Source: Camelus dromedarius (Eukaryota). Taken from it: a DNA stretch of 64,000 nucleotides. Numbering within the stretch: the first letter of the stretch is position 1; each line of letters starts with the position of its first letter. Below the pieces are notes generated by a model. The model was given only the letters and a program-made list of their open reading frames with translations. It had not been told where the DNA came from and did no database searches. The position numbers were made by a program, and so were the translations under genes. The stretch is taken from contig NC_087437.1 in assembly GCF_036321535.1 (NCBI RefSeq), positions 102,922,001 to 102,986,000 of the forward strand, written 5' to 3'. Of this stretch, positions 26,653 to 40,300 are shown piece by piece.

Positions 26653-27821
26653 CATTTCAAAAGCCATTGGATGACTTAAAGCAGAAAAATAACATTTGGT
26701 TTATATTTATAGATGTATTTAATTAACATAGGGAGAAAAAATGGGAGAGGCAAGAATAGAAACTGGGAGACATGTTATGATGCAAATGTAGTAATCCAGG
26801 TGTAGAGGTTGTGGAGGGAGGTGATGGTAGACTTGAAAAACGAGTGTGGTAGCATTAAAGATGGCAAGAAATTAAGAAAGTAAAAGTTTGCTTTGGAAGT
26901 AGTGATGAGGGTGTGCCAGGCCTGCTAAGGGCTTAGTTGTTGGGACTAACAGAAAAGGAGAATGAAGGATGAGTCAGCACTTTAACTAGGGGTAGTAAGT
27001 GCAGTTACTCAGAGAAGGAAGGTCATAGAAGAAAGAATTTGCAAAGTAAAATTAAGTGTCAGTTTCCATTAGTGACAAATGGATGTGTGCTCTGGTAGGT
27101 TTCTATTTTTTGGTTGATTCCTAGAATAAAGTAGCCCAATATTTCCATTTAATAGCCAAAATAACCCATTTTATGTGTTTAACTTTTGGGCTTTTTTTCC
27201 ATATCTTCTAGAAGACTAATTGCTTGTAGAAACTTTGGTTTAAGAAAGAAATATCTAAGAGTTAACTTTCCCTTACATTTCAGAAACATGCAACATGTTT
27301 AGGTAGTTCATGCTATTCTAAAAGAAAGAACATTGAGGTGACTGTGAAATCATTCAGAAAAGACCAGTTTTCTCAGTTAAGAGATAATACCTGTGAATTA
27401 TTTGATTTTAAACAACTGGGATATTTGTATCACTCTGTTACCTTTTTTTGAATCATTTGGCTAGAGCTCTTAGATCAAATTAATCATACTTCAGAAGTCT
27501 GTATTGATAACTCCAGTGCCATTTCCAGTTTATTTGACTAAAAGTTATCAGAATAATTCAGAGAAAGTTCTGTAACCATAAATATTGAGAAATGAGAGTG
27601 TCATTTCAAACATCTATATATAGTTGAAATATTATTCTAATGGTGATGGATAATCATAATTGAATTTCATTATCAACCATCTGTCTTTCACATCTATTTG
27701 CTAATTTGGTTTTCTAATAAAGTCATAAGTAATTATCAATCAGGTCTTTAGAACATCAGATCTAGAATTTTTCTACCAAAATGTAAATGGACACTTGACA
27801 CATTTTGATAATGTACTATAG

Positions 27822-28195
27822 TGTGAAAAGATAAACTGAAACATATTAACAATTTTAATAGTTTATTTGAGCAAAATTCTATTTGAATTGGGCAGCATCC
27901 AGTCTAGCAGATAGAGAGGAGCTCTGAGGAGCTGTACAAAGTGAAAGACTTTTATAGGCAGAAAACAGCACGAACAAGGAAGTTAGTTATACTAAACAAA
28001 AAAAGTGCATTTATTCTTGCAAGGTTACCTTCGAGGATAGAAGGAGTCTCTCAGGCCAATAACGTAACTAGTGTTGGCCAGGTGATGCCTCATTTGAGTC
28101 CATTTCTGGGAGAGCGACAATTGCAGTTAAGTCTTTGGTGACAATAGGACATAGCATAAGTGACTCAATTTGGGGACTGTTGTCTTTTTTTAACA
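27822..28195 (-). mobile_element. Solo LTR, ERV1-type
   Basis: TG...CA termini with a 4-bp TSD ATAG (27818-27821, 28196-28199). The minus strand has TATAAAAG (about 27949-27956) followed by AATAAA (about 27862-27867). Confidence 0.82.
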
Positions 28196-29327
28196 ATAGA
28201 AAAATTTTAAATGATCAAAATATAAGCAAACATGTTTAGAGGAGGAAAATAACATATTTGCAACACTTCTGTTTAATTTTTTTTAATTAAAAAATATTTT
28301 CAAACGTATTTTTTTCAGAATTTCACTTTCCACAAGGATTGTTTGAAATTTTATATATTAAATATATATTTATGAACTTTGTGATACATTCATTGTTAAA
28401 TGAAAGTGTTATATAATTTAGTTTCTAGGGTTCATAAAATCATGAAATTATAGTAAACCATGTATGGTTTTGTTAAAACAGGCAGACTACCATGATATAT
28501 TTTTCTTTACATAATCAACATTTATCTGTACTAGATAATTGCTGTACTATTTATTTACAGCTCAGGATAATAGAGCTGTTTGTTGATGGAACAATAAAGC
28601 AAACAAACAAACAAACCATAACAAGCCCTGGAAATTAAAATCTTCCCAGCATCATTATCTATTACAACCAAAAAGTGCATCTAAATAGAGATATCTAATC
28701 TGTATTGTGTCAATGCCTATTTTCATAGAATAATTCCAGTTACAACAGTAATGCATTCCAAAAAGACAATGCCAACCACATAGAGAGAGAATGCAATACA
28801 TATTATAGGATCTATGATGAAATTACCTCCCAAACAACTTTCTTGTTCTTTTCTTTTTTTGAAGAAATCTAGCTTTGTTAAGCATCAAGCCCAATTTATT
28901 TTTTCCTTTGTGTTTCTGTAACTACTTTCTAAATATCAGTGACATGTTTGCTTAAACATTTCATCTATCATGTATCTCTGACTTAAAAATCAGTATTTAT
29001 CGATGATGTTTTGGAATAACTTTATAGAATATCCTAAAACTTACAATTATTATTTCCTTCACAGGGTTGTCATAGATAGTTTTAAAAATATTTATTAACT
29101 GGTATTACTGAATACCTTGGTAGTGCTTACCATTTCACATTAGCAACAAATAACAATAATGACAGTAATACTAAGTGAATTACAGAGCTGCTTTTATTTC
29201 ATATTATTTTATGTAAGTTATCTGTCATACATATTACATATATTTTAAAGCCAATAAAGTGAAAGGAAATCATACATTCCTGTTTTATGAAGAACTTTTC
29301 TGTATAACATATATTAGCATAACATAT

Positions 29328-29442
29328 TCCTTTCTTTTTCTTTCTTTTTCTCTCTTTCTTTTTCTCTTTTTCTTTCTCTGTTTCTTTCTCTCTCTTTTGC
29401 CCACCCTTCCTCTCTCCTTCCCTTCCTTCCTCCCTCCCTCCC
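29328..29442. repeat. CT-rich low-complexity pyrimidine tract
   Basis: Degenerate (TTTC)n/(TCCC)n seen directly. Confidence 0.9.
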
Positions 29443-32400
29443 AACAATGCCCGGGACATTTTTCCCCTCAATGAAATGAACTGTATGTACTTCATCTCCC
29501 TTGTCATATTGACCATCACTGCTTTTGCTATGGGATAATATTACTGATAGGTAAGTTTGTAATTTCAAAAGAGGGATTTTGCTTGATAATGCCTGGCATA
29601 TATTTTGGGAAAATATTTTGTATGTATTTCTATTTTATTTTGGTAGATTAGGAATTGAGCTCTAACATTTTTAATGTCATTGTTTTGAAATTAATAATTT
29701 AAATTGAAAATCAGTCTTTTGTATCTTATTAATTTGAACATAAGGATATTAGCAAATAAATTACATAATAAAAGGCTTATTATTGCTGCTTTCTTCTTAT
29801 GATGATAAATGATTCACAAAAAGTTTTTCTTGCCAAAGCAACTAGTCTGGATAAATTATTCCATCCTTATTTTTATTTCAACAGTTAAAAACCTGAATTT
29901 GTTTAGTGCCTTTTTTTTTTTTTTAAAGAAAGTGAGAGACAGGACTGAGGAGGGAGGGTGTGTGGGGATCTAGTTCAGTTTATCAAATATCAAATATAGT
30001 AAACACTGTTTTCATTTTAATTTAAAGATTTAATTTAAAGATTATATTTATTCAGTTAATTTCTGATTGCTCCATTATTCCCTATACAATTTCAATTCTT
30101 ATGTAAGTTTATATGTTTTATAGGTTTAGCAAGTTTAGCAAAACTTTTAATTTTCTGATTTTTTTGTCAGAGAGATAGACATCCATGACAGAACTTCAAC
30201 ACAATAGAATATTATATGGAGAGTACATATTTTAAGACAATCTCTGGGGCTTAAAAAGATGAATTGACATGTTTGGCAACATCATAGTCTAAGATTTTCA
30301 AATGTGTATTTTTAAAGTGTGTTATGATTTATAATCTACCTTCCTCTGCATTATATCATGTAATTACTCGGTTTAAACTCTCAATCTGGTTTTATATAAT
30401 TCTTTGACAGTGGTAGACATCACTTAAAACGAATAGTATTATAATCACATTGTTTCAAATAATATAGTTTTAATAGTTTAAATTTTAAAAGGCTGAAATT
30501 TTGAAAGGCTTTCAGTCTATGAAATGGCCCTCTTACGCTTGGAGCTGAGGCATGAAAAGACCAGACATGTTGATTGAAGATCGATGTCAAATATTTGCAT
30601 AGAGCAGGTTGAGAATTTGTCACCAAGGTAGTGGTACCCTCGGACTTGTTTACTAGTTGTCTTAGAACTGGTGAGAGCAGATTGAGAGGTGGTCCCTCAT
30701 TGCTCCATGCTGAGGCACTCTCTTGTACGTTGATAAGTGCTTTTCAGGGCTGCCTCTGAATTCCTGTGTAATATTTTCAGAGTAAGGTTTGATTGTCTTT
30801 TCCTTTGATAAGCTTAGGAGCTTTCATGTCTTAAATAGAAGCAATCATTAGCACCTTTAACTTGATATTTTTACATGGCTACTTGAAAGTGTGCTAACCT
30901 TAGCTGCTGATTACACTGTTAAATTAATGTTTTCTGATAGTTTACTTGATACATTTCTCAGACTGTAATTGAAAGCAGGGCAAAGTCAGGTATACCGGAA
31001 ACTGACTGAATTTGTCATGTAAATTTCCCTTTTCCTCCCCTCAAGAGCTGGTTTGCCTTAAGAAAAGTTTTTAGTGTGAAGATACTAGTTTCAAAGAAAC
31101 TTCAGTCAATTCAGAAATGATATTCTCCCAACATGCTATGGGTGTGAACTATAATTAATCCCAACAGCTTTTGTCTTCTTTTATGTGTGACATTTGTCAA
31201 AAAGCCATCCTTATAGTTTCAGCTTATCATGGTGTATCTGGACTATTTCGTTAAAACCAGAAAGTGTATTTACTTCACTCTAAAAATAAATAACTGTGGT
31301 TATTATACGAGTCATTTTCGTGATGAGTATGTAATACTTTACAGTCAGTTTTGCTTATGCAGGTGTCTGACATTCTGGACTAACGTATGCACATGTGTGC
31401 GAACTTCAGTGTCAGACCTCTTCCCAAAGAGGTACAGTATCTCCCACAGAGGGACCACTCATCTGTTGTTTCAGTTATCTAGTTGTGTATTTAAAGAAGA
31501 CCAAACTTCATAGCTAATAAGAAGAACAATTTATTATTCCTCATAATTCTTTTGGTTGATTGGGGATGCTTCTCTTTCAGTGTCAAATGGGGCATTGGGA
31601 TACCTACAAGGTCCAAAATAGCCCACGTAAATGCCTGACTCTTAGTAGAGATCAGGTGGCATTTTGGGCAGGGACATTATTTATTCTCCACACTGGCTTC
31701 TCGTTGCTAATTGGGCTTCCTCACAGTATGATGGTTATGTTCTAACAAAGAATACGCCAATGGGTGATGATGAAATCTGTGCATCTCTTAAGACTCACAT
31801 CTCAAAGTCTCACAGTGTCACTCTTGCCACATTTAATTTTTCAAAAGAGTTTGTAGGATGAAATCATAGAAAGGGAAGTGAAATAGATTTGCCTCCCCTT
31901 GACTGTGAATAAATACAATTTATTTATTGAATGAATGTCAGTTAATTGCTTGCTATGTTGAAAATCTTGTAGATGTTGAATGCTTAAAGATGCATTTTTG
32001 CTCATTCATTTACTCATTAATTCTTTGCTTGTCTCACAAAAGATGAACATTTATTGTGGTTTGTGTAAAACACTCAAAAACAGCATCACAAACAGAGTAA
32101 CATAAAATAGGGAGCTTTATCCTAGGAAACAAAAAGGTCATGTAGAGAAATTCATACATGTCTCAATTCTCAAACTTAGCAAAGCTGTGCATATTTCAGG
32201 AACATCTTTTTATTATAAAGCTATCAATGTTATCTTTCTTAGAAGGGTGTGGTGGGTGTATGCACGTGTCTGTTTTAAAAGAATGTTGTGATCTTCTGCA
32301 ATACTTTAAAAGAAGTATGTGACAGTAACATTTTTCTTTTACATGTCCTCCTCTGTTCATGGGTATTTCAGCTTCAGTTTTGTTCAAAACAAGCTATAAT

Positions 32401-32939
32401 CTCAAACCCAAGTCACTGATACAACCGTACATTTCCACACTAGGGAAAAAAAAAGATTGAGTTATATTTTATAAAGATGCAAACTCAGTTTTGTATGTTT
32501 TCTTAGATATTCCCTAGTGTTGAATTTTAATGAAGTAGGGAATTGTTGATAGAAGGAAAATGCTTTTGATTTGATTTCTCATTTCATATAGTTTTTTATG
32601 GGACTCACTGTATAGTTTCTTCTGTAAATAGGTCATAGTTGAATATATTGCTTTACCGAGTTACCACTTGTCACATGTAATCTCAGCATCTTATGCAAGT
32701 AAAAACCCATTCCGTTCTCATCTTACAAGGTTTATTTAGTAGAAGTGTAACATGCAATATAGATGCAGAAATATGTAATTTACAATAATTAATGTACTCA
32801 TATTCATCTAAACCTTATCAAACAGTATTGCTTTGTACATTGCAATGATAAAAATAATTTAAAAAATGCATTTTATGAATGTGCTGGTGACTGTGATGGC
32901 CACACACCCTTTTTAGGATAACTGCCCAGCAATTAAGTC

Positions 32940-33312
32940 CATTCCTATATTAGGATCTTTGCACTTTCTGAGATTTCTACTAGAATGTTCTTCTCTAGAA
33001 ATTGTTATAGCTTGCCTTCTTCATAGCTTCTTCAGATCTTTACTGAAATGTTACTTCTCTGTGACAACCCTCTCAGTCCTACAATATTTTTTATCTCCAT
33101 CTCTAGTTTTTTCCACAATATTTATCACCAAGAGACAGATTATATATTGTATTAATTTATCAGTCTGCTGACTCCCCACCCCATTAGATGTAACCATTGT
33201 GACTATAGGAATGTTCTTTATTTTAAATAATGCTCCTAACTATATCCCCAGCACCTAGAATAGCTACTGATACATCGTAGTCACTTAGAAATCTTTTTGA
33301 ATAAATGAATGG
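32940..33312 (+). mobile_element. L2 LINE 3' end
   Basis: CTGACTCCCCACCCCATTAGATGTAACC...TATATCCCCAGCACCTAGAATAG...TTGAATAAATGAATG. Confidence 0.75.
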
Positions 33313-34274
33313 AGCATTATTGAGGAAATGATAACTCAGCATTAATCTGAATGAATATTTATTTAACAAATTCATCTTAACTGGTGTTGATATATACTTT
33401 CCTATGTGGATTCTTTTAGAGGATTTTTAGTAACTTTATGACAGGTTGAAGTTCCCAACAACAGTAGGAAATACACATTAGTTTGTACTTGGACACATCC
33501 CAACAAATGTAAGAAACAAATACCTTTAATATGAAGTCTTTGAATGGTATAAAAAATGTTTTAACATTCGATTAAAATTTAGTGTGATGTCTATTTTCAT
33601 AGTAAGCTCAGAATACATATTTTCAGGTGACATGAGTCCCTGTGGTTTCACTCTGATCTTGGATTGTAGAGACAGTGGCTTCAACTTTGATATTCATCCC
33701 CATTATACCAATCATTAATGTGTTTCATGATCCTGAATAACATCTATAAATCTTGTCATGTGTATGTCTTAAAGGATTCATTAGTGCTTTGCTCTAGTTG
33801 AATTGGCTTTGATAAAATTTATATTAGAGGCCTTCAACAACCCAATTTTATTTTAGCTCTTCAATTTAGGATAGTACTTCACACACAATTGCTATCATAC
33901 TCCTAATGTCCTGGAAAGCCAATATCTTTGTAAAAATAAACTTTCGTATGCTTTTGATGGAGATTGGCACTTGACAACTTGACAGGCTGGGCAGCCTTAC
34001 TCCTGTGAAGCTGTCTGTATGCCTCGTCCAAATCACTTCAGTCACTTGCTCCAAGTGTTTTACAGAACATTCGCTCTTCTGTGAAATAAAGGTAATTGTC
34101 TAGATAAAGCAGATAATTTTTACAATAATCTTTAAAATCAAATTTGGAAGTTCTTTTATGGTATTTAGATTAAATAGTGCAATACAGATGATAACTCATC
34201 CAAGCAGCAACCACTGTGCATACATTTCATGATACACTTGGTACGAACAATAGGAGTTATAGGTAGCAGGTCTT

Positions 34275-34505
34275 GAGAAGTTACTATTCCTCAGGCACGG
34301 TGCTATTACTTCACGTAAATTATTTTATATCGCCTGTACTCCAACCTTATGAGACAGGCATTAATTTATAATTTCCAATTGCAGGGACACCAAGGTTAAA
34401 TAATTTGCCTGGGTCATACAACTGATAAATTATGAAGACAGGATGAAAATGCTTGTGGTTTGACTTCAGAATCCAGTTTCTTAATCCCAGTGCTTTGCTG
34501 CCTCC
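34275..34505 (-). mobile_element. MIR SINE
   Basis: CAGGCACGGTGCTA...AGGTTAAATAATTTGCCTGGGTCATACAACTGATAAAT...TGACTTCAGAATCC. Confidence 0.7.
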
Positions 34506-35593
34506 CACACAACTGTGAATAACAGAGCCACTGCAGCTACTGTCTATGAGAGAGAGAAACGAACAGATCTGTCTTTACCATGCGGTGAATTTTATGGGAA
34601 GGGTAAGGAGGAGATGTCGTGAGCACACAGTGGACCACCTTTGAGTGGTAAGACAACAGTCCAGGAAGCGCAATGAAAATAGAGACTTGGTTTGTTTTCT
34701 CATCATTGTATTTCCCAACCTGGCATTGGCAAAACTTTGTAGGAAAAGGCACAGATCAGATGTGACATCTAAGCAAAATCTAAAAATCCTCAAAGTATAG
34801 AATCTGGAGGATTCTCTTTTGAGAATTTCATGTGGATGAAAGGTAGCTGAGGTGAGAGTCCTTGTTCTAGGCCATGTCATATTCTTAATCTACTTTATCA
34901 CACTCTCTACTGACCGAGAAGATTTAAATGTCAAAGTCCAGTTTACTATAATGGCACTAAATTGGAAAAGTAACAAAAAAGTAAATAAAAACCAAAGTCA
35001 GTCCTACCAACAGTATAAACTCACATTCTCATTTAAATGACATAACAATTTAATAGAGATATACAATTTAATGTTAATCAGCAAATTTTAATGTTTATGA
35101 TCGTAATAGGAATTTACCAGAATATTAATTAGCTAAAATATTAAAATATGAGAAAGGAGAAAAATATTCACTGTCTGATACATTTATACCCAGAAAAATA
35201 TTACAAGGAGAGGTTGCTTCAGTATTTTTTTCCCAATGCTCTGGAGAATTTTTACTGTTCTTGGGTAATTTTTGTCTGTTTTATTTAAAATACTTTTAAG
35301 AGAGGTAATTTAGTTTATTGGTGTCGCACTGCTGACAAAAACATACAGTCAAGGTTAAGAATTTGGGGAGAAAAGAATAAAACCAGGACATCAGTTTCTA
35401 TGAGACATGGGGAATGCTAATGACTCCATATGTCAAGGGAACACTTTAAAGTTGGGATTTGTGAAAAAAAAAAAAAGAAGAAAAGAAAAAACAAAGAAAG
35501 TCATCTTACATTAACTTGAAAGAATGCTTGAACATGCTCTGCCTTTACCATAGGGTAGATGATTTTGGCACTTGAAAGGGTGATGGCATCATA

Positions 35594-35770
35594 CAGTGGT
35601 TCTCAAAATGGGTCTCTTTTTAGAATCCCTGCAAAGATGCTTAAAGGACTAATGTCTGGGCTCCTCCTTAAGATTAAGATTTAATTGGTCCTGGATGCAG
35701 ACCTGGGCATGAGTACATTTCTGAAAGCTCCTAGGTGATTCTAATGCACAATCATTGTTGAGAATAAATA
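35594..35770. mobile_element. MER5A-like hAT-Charlie MITE
   Basis: CAGTGGTTCTCAAA terminus and AAGCTCCTAGGTGATTCTAATGCACA...TTGAGAA. Confidence 0.8.
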
Positions 35771-36729
35771 ATCCAGGGCTCTATATCAACATAAATTTGG
35801 GGTGATGGTGGAAAAGTTAATATCCAAATAGCAGTGTCCTTATGTCATGTCCCAGCCTCTTGCCAAATTTTCACTCAGTAAATACGTAGAATGTTAATAT
35901 TTAAAGAAACTGTTCCGTGTTCCCAAGGTACTTCTAATAAAATGAATCAATATTGAAAAGCCTAGGCTGTTTCTAAGAAAAGCAAATAAAATGTATTCTT
36001 CAGGACACTGTTCACCAACTGCTGTCATTTTAACACTTGTGTAGCCTGTTTTTACAAACAGAGCTTATGATTTAGAGCGAGAAGGATAACTGTGAATAGA
36101 CTTCACTTACAGATACATTTGTCAGAGGTGATAGAGGAGTCAGCACTAATTTAGTCCATGTGGACCAATGACACCATACTCTCAGTAGGAGGAGAGTAAT
36201 ATGCATACGCAACAGGATGATGCATTTTCCAGAAATCTGATAGGACCACGGAGCAAGTTAATATGACAGCTTAATGTTCTACAGTCATGAAGAATAACAG
36301 ATAACTCTCATACATACCGATGTTTACCGTTACTGTTTTGGCTTTAGATTTATGCCTATGAATCAATAAGAATGCCAGCCTGAAAATCAAATTCATCTAA
36401 TGTGTGCTTGATGTGGTTTTGTTCCGCACTTTTACTTTTGATGACAGATGAAGGGGTAGGGAAGGCGCACATTGGAGGGTCCTTAAATTCATGTGCCAGG
36501 TGCTCATGAGACATTTTCTCTTGAAGATACTCATTCAGTAACCTCATCTTTGACTAACTTTCTCCTTATAGTCAATTTCAAGCATATCCTTTTGACTCTT
36601 AAAATTGCTCTCTTCCTTCCAGAATTTTTTCTTTTTTACTTATAGAAAATCACCTTTTTCTTTATATTCGCTAACTCTTTGTGCTAACGTAGCTATCAAT
36701 GTTTATCACTTTCTTTTCTTCTGAAAATT

Positions 36730-37320
36730 TGCCGTACAGCCACTTTGGAAAATTGTTTGGCCTTATCTTCCAAAGTTTTATGTGTGTTGTACTGTTACCC
36801 AGCTTCTCTGTTCTTATATCTGTTGACAATAGAAATGAAAAAGATATGTTTCATAGCGCTGTTTCAATTAGCTACAAATCAGAAACAATGTCATCACCAA
36901 TCAGTATTAAAGTGGAAAAAAATGCATTGTGGTATATTCACACGATAATTACTGTACGTAAATGAGATATATAGAGATCTAGAGTCAGGCATAATATGGT
37001 TGAATTTTCCATATATCATGTTGAGAAGAAGGAATGAAAGAAATTAAAGTACATAATATATGATTACATTGATATACAGTGAAAATACAACCAGAGCTAA
37101 TGTATTATTTTAGAAGAGAGAGATCATGGTGGTCTTGGCATGTTGCAATGGCAGTGACTACAAGACAATCCAAGGGATGCTTCTGGGCCACAGATACCAT
37201 TGTCTTTCTTGACCTAGACTCTAGTTATTTTCATTTGTGAAAATTCATAGAGAGATAGCTTTGCAATACATGTATTTTTCTCCATACCTATTACACTTTA
37301 ATAAAATGTTAAATAAATTA
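36730..37320 (+). mobile_element. Old L1ME-type 3' fragment
   Basis: ACAGCCACTTTGGAAAATTGTTTGGC...ATTGTGGTATATTCACAC...CATTTGTGAAAATTCAT...AATAAAA. Confidence 0.7.
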
Positions 37321-40300
37321 CCAGAATCCAAGCTGCAACTCTAAAAATACTAAACATAAAAGATAGCTTTTTTTCTTTTTCTTTTTTCTTAAAAATAATT
37401 GAGAGTACATACAAAAAGATGGAATTTGTCATTACTGTAAAGGGCAAAACATATTTCTGCATGTTTTAAAACACCAGTATTTTTCATAAGTTAAAAAACA
37501 ACCACTCCCTTACTTTTATATTTGTGAGTTTGAACTTATACTATACTGGTCAATGGGAGTTTTAGCCATTTATGTGTCCCAGTAGGATTTATTCCAGGTC
37601 TACAATTATCTGGCTTTTTCCTTCTAATAGGTTTCTTAAACTTTTGAACGTAAGTATCTTATGTGTGTGTGTGTGTATACTTTTTAAAAGATTCAAAACT
37701 CAACTCACATGGTGGTAAAGAAGAATACTGACATTTTGAAACTGATTATGGATTATGGAAGATAAGTTTTCTTTGAGAAATTCTAGTCCCTATTTTTATT
37801 TCAATTTCAGTGTCTTAGTAACTAATTCAGGTGGTTTTTACATTATATAATCAATAAATTATAAAAGTATTAAATGGAATTTAAGATTATTACAATTTTA
37901 AAACCATTAATATGAGCAAGTAAATGTGTTCCTGATTTTTAAATGTAGTCTTATTATCACTGTCCTTTAAAAGGGTAAATCATGCTAATTAATTCAAGTA
38001 CTAGAGTTATTACAAAATTGCCTATTTCTTATTTATATATCTTGTCTACAGAATTGCCCAGAAATAGCTAATCCTAGCAAAACATATTGTCTTTTTAAAG
38101 AGACATGTGACAGCCTTATAAAGACATAGTACCATTTAAGTGTAATTTTTAAAGAACAAATGACAATTGAAGAGATTCTCAAGTATGATAATTATGCACA
38201 TAAATAATATTATGATTAGAAACTTCTGGTTTCAAAGTTTTTCCTAGAAATTCAGCTATTTCTATTGTCAAAAATATACAATAGTTCTTGTATTATAAAT
38301 TTATCCCAATATATTTTCAGGATTCAGGAGCATAACATTCTCAAGAAAGTGTGTGTATATGTGCGTGTGTGTGTGAATTACTAACTTAAATGAATATTTA
38401 AAAGTAAAATTTTAATACTATTAAAATACTATTAAATATTTAATACTATTAAAATTTAAGATACATGTAATTTTTGAAATCTTTGTGTCTTTTGATGATT
38501 GTATTTCAAGCCATCATGATGAAAAGACAGTTGAACTCAGTCAATTCCTCTTCTCATGTTGCCTTATCTTATTTTTACTCATTGCTTTTCTATTTATTTG
38601 CTTCACAAGAAAGGCTCATATTTTGTATCAAATACTTACGGTAAAATAATGTAATTTGTTTTAATAAGCAAAGCTATATGGACAATATTTGAATATGATT
38701 TATTCAATATTGATCTCCTTCATTTTGGGACAGATCTGATTCAGTAACTAGGTATGATGAGGGTGAGAGGGGCATAGTTTGTTATCATGAAAATGAGACA
38801 ATATTGTTATTAGACATGGTTAAGCTTTAGTTATCATATAGTATGTATTTGTGAGAGCATTTGTTAACACTGATTAAATATTTGTTAAAGTCTGCAAATG
38901 CTGTCTACTCTCTTAAGAACAGCTACATGAAACAGTTAATAATGTGTTCCATGGGTTTAATAATACACAGTTTTCTATGTGATCTCCATTTGTTCTCTTA
39001 TATCCTTAAATGTATTATTTTTGGAGAAAACTTAAAGAGTATGCAAAACAAATTATTATTAGTCCCATTATAAAGAGAAGTGTACTAAAACCCAAAAGGT
39101 GACTTTCCAAGGGTCACGAGTGTAAGAATTGTTTAAGTAAAGACCAGAATCTGTGTCTTCTAATTTCTTTAGTCTCTCTTGCTCTGATTAACTTCAAACT
39201 TGTGCCCAGATTGGCCAGGAGTTTACAGAATGAGATGGGTATTAAACAACATTTCAGGATTATATTTGAAAATAGTCCAACTCAACAAAATAAAAGAAAC
39301 AAAAATCCAAATTTCTGAATTCTATGACATATTTCACAACTTCAGGGATAACTTCAAATTTATAGTTTAAAAAATACATATGACTGTGATATCTAACACT
39401 GCTAATATATAAAAAACTATTTGATTAGTGGCAATAATTCATTTTATCTTTTTTTCCCTCTATATGAAACCAACACATGTGAATGTCAAGAAATTATATT
39501 GTAAAAATTTTGAATATGCCTTCATTTCTAGTATGAGGTTATAATGTATAAAGGGTTATTACTTGGACATTAATCTTGATTTATCTCAATATATGCTATA
39601 CTTAAAATTGTCTGTGTTTTTCATCCTTCATATATAAACACTATCTGTGTAATTGTTAGGAATAAGGCTTATGACCTAGTGTACTTCCCTGAAATAAGTC
39701 AAAAAAAAAAAAAAGAGGACAGAAGTATAATTTTCTGTAAAAAGCCTTCCAGAAACAGAAGTGCAGGTGAAAGGACTATTTTAATGCTAAACATGCAAAT
39801 TGATTCTTTTTGATTTAAAAGATGGTAAAAATAAAATTCAGAAAGGGAAGTGGAATTGTAAAATCTCTTTTTTTAGTTACTATTGTATATACCTAAAAAT
39901 CTCTATAGCCAGATTGATTAAAATAGAATACTATTTCACTTTACTGGGTAATAGCATTTTAAAATTATACTTAAGTAGTCATACTGTATCTTTATAACAC
40001 TTATTGTCCTGATGAGACAGGATTTCCAACCCATATTGTTCTCATCAGACAGCCCCCCTCCAAAAAAAGAGAAAAGAAAAAAGGAAATTCAGCATCAATT
40101 GTATTTTGCAAATATTCATCACCAGTAATATCTAGGCTATAGAGGGCTTTGAGAAGATAAGTCATCATTTACTCTCTTTTTTTAAAAATGATACCATGTT
40201 AAAGGGTTTAATGAATTATTTTAAGCCAAAAATAACTTCTATGACATAAATCAAGCAAACAGAAGGTCATGACATAAGTGGTTCTGGTTATTAAAACTTG

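Larger units (their letters stand above)
24425..27065 (-). mobile_element. L2 LINE split by a younger L1 and a (TTTCC)n repeat
   Basis: ATTTATTCAAAAATTTATTAAGTGCCTCCTGG (L2 3' end, antisense). It resumes at about 26200 (CAGGGAAAGGCTAGCTGAGGAGACAGACTGAACTGAGCCCTGAA) and about 26660. Confidence 0.7.

Noticed and set aside
26367..26726. Four overlapping ORFs (FPFLS / KGKER repeats)
   Set aside because: Translation artefacts of the stop-free (TTTCC)n repeat.
36356..36547. 63-aa ORF with a globular-looking sequence (MRLLNEYLQEK...)
   Set aside because: No homology that I recognise; ORFs this long are expected by chance in 64 kb.
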